Shown here: piece by piece, positions 51,160-61,519 of the stretch
How positions within the stretch are numbered: the first letter of the stretch is position 1
How the letters are laid out: the number at the start of each line of letters is the position of its first letter
Origin: an uncultured delta proteobacterium
GTDB taxonomy: Bacteria > Myxococcota > Kuafuiibacteriia > Kuafuiibacteriales > Kuafuiibacteriaceae
Reading direction: 5' to 3'
Length of the DNA: 64,000 nucleotides
Assembly (NCBI GenBank): GCA_963803435.1
Contig: CAWDML010000009.1
Location: 1,152,001-1,216,000 of the forward strand
Translations under genes and position numbers: made by a program
The notes under the pieces: generated by a model
What the model saw: only the letters and a program-made list of their open reading frames with translations
Told to the model about the DNA's origin: nothing
The model's database searches: none

Positions 51160-53739
51160 GTGTCGGGCATGCGAGACCGGGCTTCAGGGACCAAGGTGAT
51201 CTTCGGGTTGCTCCTCGCCGGATCGGCGTGGGTAGGCAAGGCGTGCGTCTTCTCGGACGACCCCGCGGCGCCGCCGCCGCTCCCGCTCGACGTGCCGCTC
51301 GCGGCCGGTCAGACCCGGGCCGGGCAGGTCACGAAGGCGAGCGAGCTGGTGGGGGGTGTCACCCGTAAAGCCACGGTCGGCGACTTCAAGCTCTACAACG
51401 ATCAGATCGCGGTGACGATCGGCCGGGCGGGCCTCTCCCGCGGCTACCACCCTTACGGCGGTCAGATCCTCGACGCCGACCGGGCCCGCGCGGGCCAGGG
51501 CGTCTCCTCGTTCGGTGAGATCATCACGGCGTTCGATCTGTCCGTGCTTCGCGTCGATACGGTCGAGGTGATGAACGATGGCACCAACGGTGAGCCCGCC
51601 CGCATCCGGGCCCAGGGCGAGGCCGACGTCTTCCCGCTCTTCGATGCCCTGTTCTCCAAGATCTTCGAGGCGAAGACGTACGACATGGACTGGACCGTGG
51701 ACTACATCCTCGAGCCGAGCTCCGACCACCTGAAGATCGAGCATCACCTCAAGAACCGGGGTCGCGAGGACATCGAGTTCGGGCTTCCAATCCTCGCATT
51801 CATGTTCGGCGACGGGGCCGATCCGTTCGTCTCGGGCTACGGCTTCGAGCCCCCGAGCGGCAGCGGCTCGAGCCCGTACTACGGTGCGGTGGATACGGAG
51901 GTCTCGTACCTCTACGGCCGGCCGGACGCGCGCCTCAACTTCGTCGTCACCGACTCGGGCATCGTGGTCACCGGCGCCGGAGACGGGCTGAAGCTGCGGG
52001 GTCGAGAGGAGGTCGTCATCACGCACCACCTGGTCATCGGCGACGGCAACCTCTCCAAGACCCAGGCCGCCTGGCGCCGCGCCGCCGGAGAGCCTGAGGG
52101 CGTGCGGATCCGCGGGCGCGTGGTGGACGACGCCGGCCAGCCCGTCGCCGGCGCTCGGGTGCACGTGGTGGAGAGCGCGCCGGTGCAAGCCGATCGCGAC
52201 TACGTCACCCGCGCGGTCAGCGATCCCGCCGGCGAGTACGAGCTGTGGCTCCTCGCGGGCCGCTATGACCTGCTGGTGGCGACCGAGGGCAAGGCGGTCA
52301 CGCCCAGGAAGACGATCGACGTGACGGCCGCCCAGGACGGCGTCGATCTGGTGGTCCCGCGGGTCGGCACGCTGCACTACTCGGTCAAGGACGATGCCGG
52401 TCGAGCGCTGCCGGTGAAGCTCTCGATCGAGTCGCTGGCCGGGCCCGCCGAGCAGCTCCCGGCGCGCTACGGCGAGACCCGGCAGAGCTTCGGGCTGGTC
52501 ACCACGGTGTTTGGCTACACGGGCAGCGGCGACGTCGAGATGCTCCCCGGGCAGTACCGGATCTCCCTGTCCCGAGGCATCGAGTACGAGGTCGCGCAGC
52601 CCGAGGTCCAGGTGGTCGCGGGCCAGACGGCGACCGTCGAGGCGACCCTGGCCCGCTCGGTGGCCACGCCCGGGTGGCTGACGACCGACACGCACATCCA
52701 CGCGCAGCTGTCTCCGGACTCTCCGGATCTCTATCCGCTCAAGGTGGAGGCGATGGTGGTGGAGAACCTCGAGGTACCCGTGTCGACGGAGCACGAGGCG
52801 ATCGGCGACTTCAACCCGGCGATCGCGGCGCTCGGAGTGGGCCAGTGGATGAAGGGCATCGTCGGCTCCGAGATCACGACGATGACGTACGGACACTTCA
52901 ACGCGTTTCCGCTGATCCCGAACCCGGATCTGCCGGGGAACGGGCGCGTGAGCTGGTACCACAAGGCGCCCGGCGAGACGTTCGCCGCGATCCGCGCGCA
53001 CCCGGGCGACGCCTTTCTCCAGGTCAACCATCCGCGGAGCCAGGCGATCGGCGGCTACTTCTCGGCGATGGGCTTCGACCGGGAGGCGTTCACCACGCGG
53101 CCGGAGGCGGAGTTCTCCGCCGACTTCGACGGCATCGAGGTGATGAACGGCTGCGCGGACAGCCTGGCGCACGAGCCCATCCAGGACTGGTTCGCGTTCC
53201 TCAACCACGGGATGAAGCGCTTCGGCACGGCCTCGACGGACAACCATCGAGCCGGCGGCGGCGACATGGGCCTCCCCATCACGTACGTGCGGATGCCGAC
53301 GGACGTCCCGCCGGAGGCCAACGTCGACGACTTCCGGGCGGCCTTCAAGGCCGGACATCTGACGCTCTCCTGCGGTCCGTTCGTCGAGATGAACGTAGGC
53401 GACGCAATCATCGGCGACACCGTCCCGCTGTCGGGTGAGACGATCCGGATCCACGCCCGCGTGGCGGCGGCGAGCTGGGTCGACGCCGACGCGATCGACG
53501 TCGTGGTCGACGGCCAGGTCGTGGACACGATCGCCCTCACCCGGCCGGAGGGGAGCACGGTCCTATTCGACGGCGAGATCGAGGCGCCGCTCCCGGCGGG
53601 CGCCGACGCGTGGGTGGTCCTGTCGGTGCGGGGGGACCGGCATCACGGGATCTGGGCCCGCCAGCGTCCGTCGTTCGCGATCACCAACCCGATCTTCGTG
53701 GACGGGGATCACGACGGCGCGTGGACGATGGGTCGCTGA
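51160..53739 (+). CDS. Exported PHP-like (CehA/McbA-family) metallohydrolase with carboxypeptidase-regulatory-like domains
   Basis: Signal or lipoprotein-like N-terminus; GRVVDDAGQPVAGARV; SRGIEY; DTHIH, STEH, HFNAFP, NHPR, STDNH and AITNPIFVD motifs. Confidence 0.75.
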   Translation: MSGMRDRASGTKVIFGLLLAGSAWVGKACVFSDDPAAPPPLPLDVPLAAGQTRAGQVTKASELVGGVTRKATVGDFKLYNDQIAVTIGRAGLSRGYHPYGGQILDADRARAGQGVSSFGEIITAFDLSVLRVDTVEVMNDGTNGEPARIRAQGEADVFPLFDALFSKIFEAKTYDMDWTVDYILEPSSDHLKIEHHLKNRGREDIEFGLPILAFMFGDGADPFVSGYGFEPPSGSGSSPYYGAVDTEVSYLYGRPDARLNFVVTDSGIVVTGAGDGLKLRGREEVVITHHLVIGDGNLSKTQAAWRRAAGEPEGVRIRGRVVDDAGQPVAGARVHVVESAPVQADRDYVTRAVSDPAGEYELWLLAGRYDLLVATEGKAVTPRKTIDVTAAQDGVDLVVPRVGTLHYSVKDDAGRALPVKLSIESLAGPAEQLPARYGETRQSFGLVTTVFGYTGSGDVEMLPGQYRISLSRGIEYEVAQPEVQVVAGQTATVEATLARSVATPGWLTTDTHIHAQLSPDSPDLYPLKVEAMVVENLEVPVSTEHEAIGDFNPAIAALGVGQWMKGIVGSEITTMTYGHFNAFPLIPNPDLPGNGRVSWYHKAPGETFAAIRAHPGDAFLQVNHPRSQAIGGYFSAMGFDREAFTTRPEAEFSADFDGIEVMNGCADSLAHEPIQDWFAFLNHGMKRFGTASTDNHRAGGGDMGLPITYVRMPTDVPPEANVDDFRAAFKAGHLTLSCGPFVEMNVGDAIIGDTVPLSGETIRIHARVAAASWVDADAIDVVVDGQVVDTIALTRPEGSTVLFDGEIEAPLPAGADAWVVLSVRGDRHHGIWARQRPSFAITNPIFVDGDHDGAWTMGR

Positions 53740-53743
53740 GCGC

Positions 53744-54379
53744 GTGGACGCGCCGCGCGTCTTCCTCCTCTCGCCGGCGCGGCTCGACGGCGCCCGCGCC
53801 CGTCAGATTTTTCACCCGAGGACCCTCTCTCCGCTGGCGGCGGCGCTGAGAACGCCCGAGGGCGCGCCGATCGGCGAGGTCTTCCGCTTCCTCTCCGGCC
53901 TCTATTTTCGCGGCAAGCTGGCCTACGCCACCCGGTTCGCCCGCCCGCCGTCCACCTGCTGGATCGGCAGCGGCGCCCTCGTGATCACGGCAAACCGGGG
54001 GCTGGTGCCGGCCGAGACGCGGGTGTGTCTCGAGCACCTGGAGGCCTTCGCGCAGACCGACATCCACCAGGACGAACCGATGTTCCGCGGTCCGCTCGAG
54101 CGCGACGCGGCCCAGGTCGCGCAGGCCCTCGGCCCCACCGGGGAGGCCGTGCTGCTCGGGAGCATCGCCTCGAAGAAGTACGTCGATCCGCTGGCCGGGG
54201 CGTTCGGCGAGCGCCTGCTGTTCCCGTGCGAGTTCGTGGGACGAGGCGACATGAGCCGCGGCGGTCTCCTGCTCCGCCGGGCGGACGAGGGCAGCGAGCT
54301 CACCTACGAGTCGATCGGCGGGCAGACCCGGCGGGGCACACGACCACCCAGATTGTCGCCTCGGAAACGCCCTGCCTGA
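53744..54379 (+). CDS. Conserved hypothetical protein
   Basis: GTG 4 nt after the upstream stop; motif-like segments FLLSPA, FLSGLYFRGKLAYA, LLGSIASKKY and FVGRGDMSRGGLLLR. Confidence 0.6.
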   Translation: MDAPRVFLLSPARLDGARARQIFHPRTLSPLAAALRTPEGAPIGEVFRFLSGLYFRGKLAYATRFARPPSTCWIGSGALVITANRGLVPAETRVCLEHLEAFAQTDIHQDEPMFRGPLERDAAQVAQALGPTGEAVLLGSIASKKYVDPLAGAFGERLLFPCEFVGRGDMSRGGLLLRRADEGSELTYESIGGQTRRGTRPPRLSPRKRPA

Positions 54380-54426
54380 ACACCGCGATTTGGCGCGATC
54401 CCCGGGCCGAGGCTATTCTTCTTTTC

Positions 54427-55419
54427 ATGCGAAAGAAGCTCGGTGAAGCGCTGCTCGAGCTCGGCCTCATCACGCCGAGGCAGCTCTCCGAAGCGCTGGA
54501 GTTGCAGCGACGCCGCGGGCTTCGTCTGGGGGCCGCGCTCGTGCAGTGCGGACATCTCGACGAGACCCGACTGGCGAAGGTGCTCTCCGATCTGCTGCAG
54601 ATCCGGGTGGTCGATCTCTCTCGCGTCCAGCCCGACCGACAGGCGCTCGAGATGGTCAAGCACGGGTTCGCCGCGGAGAACGACCTCTTTCCCTACGAGA
54701 TCAAGTGGGAGCGAGGGCGGGCCACGCTGACCGTCGCGATGTCGGATCCGATGAACTACCGCGTGATCGACGAGCTGGGTTTCATCACCAACGCCAACAT
54801 CGAGCCGGTGCTGGCGCGACCGAGCGACGTCGACGCGGCGATCAGGAAGTACTACGGGCCGAAGCCGCCCGCCGGATACGCGCCGGTCCGCCTCGACAGC
54901 CAGGCCGGCATGCCCACGATGACGATCGTCCGGCGCGGCGGGGGTGAGGAGACGATCAACACCTCGACCGGCGAGATCGAGTCGCCGTTCATCAAGAAGA
55001 AGGACACGGACGCCCCCGCGAACGGGCCGGCGAAGCCCGGCGCGCCGCTCGACGACACCGGCGCGGTGCTGCTCACCGAAGAGGTACCGCCCGACTCACG
55101 GGTCGATGCGGTCGGTCGACCCGCGGTGCCTCCGCACCTCGCCGTCACGAACCAACCGGTCCCGCAGCGCCCGGATCGGCCCATCCCGCTGACCGCGGTC
55201 AAGCAGCGCCCGAACGTCGGGCGGGACTCGGACACCGATCCCTACTTCAACGAAGCGCTCGGCGCGCTGATCGATCGGGCCGGCGAGGCGGTCAACGCCC
55301 AGTCGTTCGTCCGGCTCGAGCGGAGGTTCTGGGCGTTGATGCGGTTGCTCGCGAAGAAAGGCATCCTCACGAACGAAGACTTCCTGCGCGAGCTCGGCGA
55401 AGAAGAAGACCTGCGCTGA
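54427..55419 (+). CDS. Stand-alone MshEN/GspE N-terminal domain protein (candidate c-di-GMP receptor), no ATPase
   Basis: KLGEALLELGLITPRQLSEALELQ followed by RLGAALVQCG; VAMSDP; DAAIRKYY; disordered linker; C-terminal ALMRLLAKKGILTNEDF. Confidence 0.82.
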   Translation: MRKKLGEALLELGLITPRQLSEALELQRRRGLRLGAALVQCGHLDETRLAKVLSDLLQIRVVDLSRVQPDRQALEMVKHGFAAENDLFPYEIKWERGRATLTVAMSDPMNYRVIDELGFITNANIEPVLARPSDVDAAIRKYYGPKPPAGYAPVRLDSQAGMPTMTIVRRGGGEETINTSTGEIESPFIKKKDTDAPANGPAKPGAPLDDTGAVLLTEEVPPDSRVDAVGRPAVPPHLAVTNQPVPQRPDRPIPLTAVKQRPNVGRDSDTDPYFNEALGALIDRAGEAVNAQSFVRLERRFWALMRLLAKKGILTNEDFLRELGEEEDLR

Positions 55420-57935
55420 GCAGCAAGACGAGGAAGAGGCCGCTCGTGCGCGGAGCGGTGTCACTGCAGCCGCATCCGCGATCCCGTGTCTCGCCGGGTG
55501 TCACGATCGAACCGGCGTCGCGGCCGCCGTCGCTCGGCGAGCCGGCGTCCTCGAGACCTGCGTCCAGAGGCGGCGGGCACTCGCCGCAGAGGCCGTCGGC
55601 GCCGCAGCATCCGTCGGGACAGCCGGTGGTCGTGCAGTCCTCCACCACCTCGACCGCGTAGAGCGCACGGGCCGGACGCCCCGTCACCTGGTTCTTCGCC
55701 CGGGCCAGGACCCGGAGGAGACCGGTGCTCATCGGGGTGGTGGTGGTTCGACGCGCGGCCGCCAGGGGCTGCTCTTCGCTCCCGTCATAGCCGAGGTCCC
55801 ACGCGATCAGGACGTCATCGGGATCGCCGCCGGGCTGGGAGACCGTCGCGTCGATCGTGATCTCGTGACCGACCACCGCGGTGGCAGGCCCCGAGAGCGC
55901 GAGCGAGGGCGGGGCTGGTGCCACGTACGTCGAGCCGAAGATCGCGCGCCCGAGATCGATCTTGCCGTAGCCGTAGGCCTCGTTGGGGACGTCGCCGGTG
56001 AAGGCGTCGACCCGGGCGGTGCCGGTCAAGAGCGACTCGATCGCCTGATGGCTGAACGGGACCCCGCTCGACAGCAGCACGGCCGCAGCGCCGGCGGTGT
56101 GGGGGAGGGCACCGCTGGTCCCGCCGAACGAGCCGTAGAACACCCCGGGATCAGGGGAGGCGGCGGGTGAGAAGGGATCGTCGGGGGCGGAGACGTCGAT
56201 GACGGGAGCGCCGTCAATCCGGGGCCCCATGCCGGAGTAGCTGCGCCGCTCGTCGACCGCGCCCCAGCCGTAGATCTGGAGATCGTGGCGCCCGCCGTAG
56301 GCCGCCACCGCGATGACCTCGTCGGAGGTGGACGGCATCAGCGCGCTGCCGGCGTCGGTGAGGTTCGACAGCCACGACACGCCCTTGCCCCAGCCCGCCT
56401 GGTCGTCGAACAGCACGCCGCGAACGCGGGGCACGACCACCGAAGAGGTGGCGGCGACCTCGAGCGTGAGCACGGTCTGAGGGATCACGCCGCCGTTCTG
56501 CGCCGTGCCGACGATGAGGACGCTACCGTTTCCGTGCGACGTCTCGTCCGAGTAGGCGTCGAGGCGCACGCCGTCGAGGACGCCGGTGGTGGCACCGGGA
56601 GCCACGTCGAAGGTACCGCCGGAGAGGCCGCGGACCGCTACCGAGAGCGCCCCCCGCGGCGCGTTCCAGTGCACGTTGAGCCAGAACGCCTGAAACGCGT
56701 AGAAGCCCATGCCGTCGGTGGTGAGGTCGGCCTGTCGCGCGCTGCCCACGTTCGCGAGCTCCATGACGTGGTCGGCGTTGGCCAGGTTCCCGGCGGCGGC
56801 GAGCTGCACCATGCCGTCGGCGGCGGCGTCGCTGAGCGCGGTCTCGAAGGGGCCGGAGCCGTCCTGCGCGTCCGCCGGAGAGTCCCACTCGTAGAAGCTG
56901 ACGTGCGCTCCCAGCGCGCGCGCCTCGGCGAGCCCGACGACCGGATCGTCTTCGGTGATGAGGACCAGCTCGGCCTCGGGCGCGATCCCCGTGTAGCGCC
57001 GCCTGCCGATCGCGCCGGCGGAGACGATCCCGATGGCGCCGGTGCCGTGGGAGAGATCGAAGTCGTTGGCGGGATATCGAGTGAGGCTCTGGCCACGCAC
57101 ATAGGAGGTGCCGCGCACGACGACCGCGCGGACCTTGGGAGTCCCGAGGCGGATCAGGTGCTCGAAGCGGTCGATCGTTCCGCTGCGATCGACGTCGTCA
57201 CCCACGAACGTCGGCTCTGAGAGCCCGGGCGTGGTCTCGTCGAAGCCGGCGCCGGCGGTGCGGCGGCCGTCGTGATCGAGATCGACGTAGAGCCAGTCGA
57301 GGTCGGGCTGGTAGCCCACGGCGGCGATCCGGTCGCCGGTGTAGATGTCCTCGGCGACCCCGTCGAGGAGGTCGAGCGTCGACTCGAACGTGCCGTCGCC
57401 GTCGAGAATCTACGCCGTCGCCGGCGCCGGCGCGGCCGTCACCGTTGCGATCCTCGAAGTCGTAGAGGCCGCCGTCGAGAAAGTAAAAGTCGGGGTGGAA
57501 GATGTTCCAGCCCCCTTCGTGATCGGCCACCACGATGCCTTGACCTGCGAAGCCGCTCTCCTCCTGGGGCGCGGACCACGCGTAGGGCGCACCGACCTTG
57601 CCGGCGGTGACGTCGAGCGGCGTGGCGCGAACGGGCGGGATCACGGGGTCGATCCGCAGGACGCCTGGGACGGCCGCCACGCGCGCCAGGTCCGCCTGCC
57701 GGACGTCGACCGAGACCACCCGACCCACCACCGCGAGGCCGCCCATGGCCAGCTCGACCGGCTTCGCGCCCGCCCGCTCGATCGCCCGAAGATCCGGCGG
57801 AGCAACCCGCTCGACGAAGCGGACGGCGGCGCGCACCGGGCCCGCTCGGCGCGGCGAGAGGAGGCGCGGCGAGACGTGTCCGGGTCGGGCGGGAGCGACG
57901 ACGGCCAGAATGAGCAGAGCGGAGAGTGGGCCCAC
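55367..57935 (-). CDS. S8 subtilase with PKD-like domain and MYXO-CTERM sorting tail; +1 frameshift near 57407
   Basis: Signal peptide and propeptide; GQGIVVADHEGG...HPDF; SHGTGAIG; GIAPEA; AAAGN; GGTSGALPH; YGYG; tail GCGCS...LFLVLLLSAGLLLRRAR. ORFs 57198-57935 and 55367-57319 join on removing one base at GAGAATC (57404-57410). Confidence 0.8.
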
Positions 57936-57963
57936 CTCCGGATTGTAGGGGGTCGGGGTGGCG

Positions 57964-59187
57964 CTACTGCACCGGGTGATCGTCGGTCACGGGCCGCTGG
58001 GGGAGCTGCTTGATCTCGAGGCTCTTCTTGAGGAGCGGCGGCTGCTGTCCGGGCTTGAGCTGGATCATGGGCGCCTTGGTGTCGCCGCCGATGGGCTTGG
58101 CACGGCCGGCGTTGATCACGCTCTCGTCGCCCTTCACGAAGATCTCGATCTTGGAGTCGTCCTTCCACTTCTGGAGCGCCTCGCGGATCGCCGTGTTGCG
58201 CTGGCGGGCCTCGAGCGAGCGCTCGATCTGCTCCTTGACCTCGGCGTACGGCTTCTTGCGGGCCGGCTTGTGGTCGGTCTTCTTGATGATGTGGAAGCCG
58301 AACTGGGTCTCGACCACGCCCGAGACCTGGCCGTTCTTGAGCTTCCAGGCGGCATCGTCGAACGCCTTGACCATGCGGCCCTTCGTGAAGAAGCCGAGGT
58401 CGCCGCCGCGATCCTTGGTGGGATCTTCGCCGAACTCCTTGGCGAGCGCGGCGAAGTCGCCCTTCTTGGCCTTCTTCGCCACGTCGTCCGCGATCTTCTT
58501 CTTCTCCGCCTTCACCTCGGGGCTGGCGCCGGGCGGGACGCGGATCAGGATGTGGCTGGCGCGGATCTGCTCGGGCTCGTCGTAGCGCGCCTGATTCTTG
58601 TCGTAGAAGTCCTTCACCTCTTCAGGCTTGATCTCGACGCTCTCGGAGACCTTGGCGAAGACCTTCTCCCGGATCAGGTTCTGATCGAACTGCCGGCGCA
58701 CGTCCTCCTCGGAGGTCCCGGCGCGCTCGAGGAAGGCCTTGAACGCCTCCTCGGAGCCATAGCGCTTCTTGTGCTCGGCCCACTTCGACTCGCGCTCCTC
58801 GTTGGTGACCTCGATCGCGAACTTCTTCGCCTGCTGCTCGATGATCTCGGCGTCGACCAGGCGGCGCACGATGTTGTCCTTGAGCCGCTCGTACAGCGCG
58901 GGCTTCACGTCGTGCCGGGCCTTCTGGTAGCGCTCGATGGTCTGGGTGAACTCGCGGTTGAAGACGTCGCGCGGGACGTCCACGCCGTTGACCTTGGCGA
59001 CCGGGCCGTCGCCCGGTGGGAGCTCGACCTTCTCGGTGGCCGGCGGCGCGGGGTTGGCCGGCTCGACCTTCTGTTTGAGGGCGGCGGCCGCGCTGCTCGG
59101 GTCTTCCTTTTTCTCCTCCTCCGTGGAGGGACAGGCGGCGAGCGTCGCCGCGAGAACGACGAGTAATCCCGACTCAATGCGAAGCAT
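57964..59187 (-). CDS. PpiC/parvulin peptidyl-prolyl isomerase lipoprotein (SurA/PrsA-like)
   Basis: Lipobox LAAC; VAKVNG; IRASHILI, FAALAKEF, GGDLGFF and VETQFGFHII motifs; upstream TTGACG-18-TAAGCC then 7 nt to the ATG at 59187. Confidence 0.9.
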   Translation of the reverse strand: MLRIESGLLVVLAATLAACPSTEEEKKEDPSSAAAALKQKVEPANPAPPATEKVELPPGDGPVAKVNGVDVPRDVFNREFTQTIERYQKARHDVKPALYERLKDNIVRRLVDAEIIEQQAKKFAIEVTNEERESKWAEHKKRYGSEEAFKAFLERAGTSEEDVRRQFDQNLIREKVFAKVSESVEIKPEEVKDFYDKNQARYDEPEQIRASHILIRVPPGASPEVKAEKKKIADDVAKKAKKGDFAALAKEFGEDPTKDRGGDLGFFTKGRMVKAFDDAAWKLKNGQVSGVVETQFGFHIIKKTDHKPARKKPYAEVKEQIERSLEARQRNTAIREALQKWKDDSKIEIFVKGDESVINAGRAKPIGGDTKAPMIQLKPGQQPPLLKKSLEIKQLPQRPVTDDHPVQ

Positions 59188-59281
59188 GCCGAGGGGCTTA
59201 ATCACTCCCGCCTCGAGGCGTCAACCGGCCGCACGTCTAAGCGAATGATTTTCGACGATTTTCCGACGTCTTGGGACGCGC

Positions 59282-61519
59282 GTGTGTCCATGGTCGCAGC
59301 CGTTGGATCGACCGCTCGCCGGGGCCGGGCTCGCGTTCCTGCTCGGCGCCCTCGCCGGGAAGGTCGCGCTGGTCGCCCTGGGACCGGCCGCCGTCGCGGC
59401 GATCGCTGCGCGCCGAGGGGCGGCCGTCGCGCTGGCGCTCTTCGGGATCGCGGGCGTGCTCGCCGCCGAGACCGCGCCCCCCGCCGCGCCGCTCCTGGCG
59501 CGCGGGACCTGGGTCCTCGAGGGCGAGATCCAGGAGGCGGAGGGGGATCGAGTCGAGATCCAGCTCGCCGGCGCCGCGCCCGTCGGTCGTCCGCTCGCGC
59601 CCGCGGACGGGCGCCTCCCGGTCTTCGGCGACCGGGGCGCCTGCGGCGAGGGCGATCGGGCGCGCCTCCTCGTCCGCACGCACACCGTGTCGCCGTTCGG
59701 GTTCCCGGGCGAGCGCGCGCCACCTCGGCACACGGTCGGGTCCATCGTCCGTTGCCGGCCGATCCGATCGTCCAGCGGAGCGCATCCGATCGATCGGCTC
59801 CGGCGCCGCATGCGCGCTGCGATCGATCGCGCGTTGCCGCCGCGGCAGGCCGCCGTCGTCGCCGCGATGGCGATCGGCGATCGCACGGGCTGCGATCCGG
59901 AGATGCGCCGGGACTTCTCCGACGCCGGCCTCTCGCATCTGCTCGCCGTCAGCGGCCAGCACCTCTCGATCGTGGCCTCCCTGTTCACGGTGGTCCTGGG
60001 TGGACTGTTCGCCCGGATCTCCTGCATCCGCGACCGGGCCGGCCAGCGGCGTCCTGCTGCGCTCCTCGCCCTCGCGCTGGTCTTCCTCTACACGCTGCTG
60101 GTCGGCGCGCCGCCGTCGGCGGTGCGCGCCGCGATCATGGTGGCCGTCATGCTCGCAGGGACGCTGATCGATCGCCGCCGCGAGGCCTGGAGCGCGCTGG
60201 CGCTCGCAGCCATCCTGATGATCGCGCGCGATCCGCCGGTGCTGGGATCGCTCTCCTTCCAGCTGTCCTTCGCCGCGGTGGCCGGCCTGCTCGCGCTCGA
60301 TCGCCCGCTCGAGGCCCGGCTGGCGCTGCGCCGCCGGCCGCGGCTCGTCCGCGGGATCGCCTCGATCATGATCACCAGCCTCGCGGCCACCGCCGGCACC
60401 GCTCCGATCCTGGCCTACCGCTTCGGGCGGATCTCGGCGATCGGGCTCGTGGCCAACGTCCCGGCGGCGCCGCTGGTGGGGCTGCTGCTCCTGCCGCTCT
60501 CGCTCCTCGGCAGCCTGGCGGCCGTCGTCTTCGAGCCCATGGGACGGCCGCTGCTGAGCGCCGCCGGCTTCGCCGCCGAGGCCCTGATCCGGCTGGCCCG
60601 GATCGCGGCGTCGGCGCCGTTCGCGACCTGGTCGGCCTCGCCGCTCGAGACCGTCCTCCTCATAGCCGCGCTGTCGGCCGAGCTGCTGGGGCGGCGGCGC
60701 CGGCTGGCGCTCCTCTGCGGGCTCACGCTGGCGGTCGCGGTGGGCGCCGATCGCTGGCCGGCCGGGGCAACGGGCGAGCTGGTGATGACCGCGCTCCCGG
60801 TGGGGCAAGGGACGGCGGTGCTGATCGAGACGCCGGAGGGGCCGCGGATGCTGGTCGACACCGGCCCGCCCGACACCGCCGAGCGGGTGCTCCTCCCGTA
60901 TCTGAACGCGCGCCGGATCGACCACCTCGACCTGGTGGTGCTCAGCCACCCGCACGCCGATCACACCGGCGGCTTCGCGCCGCTCGCCCGCCGGGTGGCG
61001 ATCGATCGCGTGTGGACGAACGGCGATCGCCGCGAGGCGCTCCCCGACCTCTCGGGCCGGGATGCTCGGACCGTCACCGCGACGGTCACCGAGCTGGGCG
61101 GGATCCGGGTCGAGGTGCTGCACGCCGAGCCGCACGCGGTGAGCGTCAACGACGGGTCGATCGTCCTCCGCCTCTCGTACCGGGGGCGCGCGATCCTCCT
61201 GGCCGGCGACGCCGAGCGCTCGGCCGAGCGCGAGATGCTGGCGTCCGGGCGCGACCTCTCCGCGGACGTGCTGGTGGTCGGGCACCACGGGAGCGCCACC
61301 TCGTCGAGCGAGGCCTTCCTCGAGCGCGTCCACCCGTCGATCGCGGTGGTGCCGGTCGGTCGCGACAACGCGTTTCACCACCCGAACCCGGGCGTGATGG
61401 CCCGGCTGGCGCGGCGCGGCGTCCGGGTGCTGCGCACCGATCTCTTGGGCGCGATCACGGTGCGGACCGATGGGTCGGAGATCAGCGCGACGGCGTTTCT
61501 GCCGGCGCCTCCGCCTTGA
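59282..61519 (+). CDS. comEC: DNA internalization protein ComEC/Rec2
   Basis: GLSHLLAVSGQH, SAVRAAIM and SFQLSF motifs; MBL domain VGQG, DTG, SHPHADHTGG, NDGS, GDAE, HHGS, HPN. Confidence 0.92.
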   Translation: MCPWSQPLDRPLAGAGLAFLLGALAGKVALVALGPAAVAAIAARRGAAVALALFGIAGVLAAETAPPAAPLLARGTWVLEGEIQEAEGDRVEIQLAGAAPVGRPLAPADGRLPVFGDRGACGEGDRARLLVRTHTVSPFGFPGERAPPRHTVGSIVRCRPIRSSSGAHPIDRLRRRMRAAIDRALPPRQAAVVAAMAIGDRTGCDPEMRRDFSDAGLSHLLAVSGQHLSIVASLFTVVLGGLFARISCIRDRAGQRRPAALLALALVFLYTLLVGAPPSAVRAAIMVAVMLAGTLIDRRREAWSALALAAILMIARDPPVLGSLSFQLSFAAVAGLLALDRPLEARLALRRRPRLVRGIASIMITSLAATAGTAPILAYRFGRISAIGLVANVPAAPLVGLLLLPLSLLGSLAAVVFEPMGRPLLSAAGFAAEALIRLARIAASAPFATWSASPLETVLLIAALSAELLGRRRRLALLCGLTLAVAVGADRWPAGATGELVMTALPVGQGTAVLIETPEGPRMLVDTGPPDTAERVLLPYLNARRIDHLDLVVLSHPHADHTGGFAPLARRVAIDRVWTNGDRREALPDLSGRDARTVTATVTELGGIRVEVLHAEPHAVSVNDGSIVLRLSYRGRAILLAGDAERSAEREMLASGRDLSADVLVVGHHGSATSSSEAFLERVHPSIAVVPVGRDNAFHHPNPGVMARLARRGVRVLRTDLLGAITVRTDGSEISATAFLPAPPP

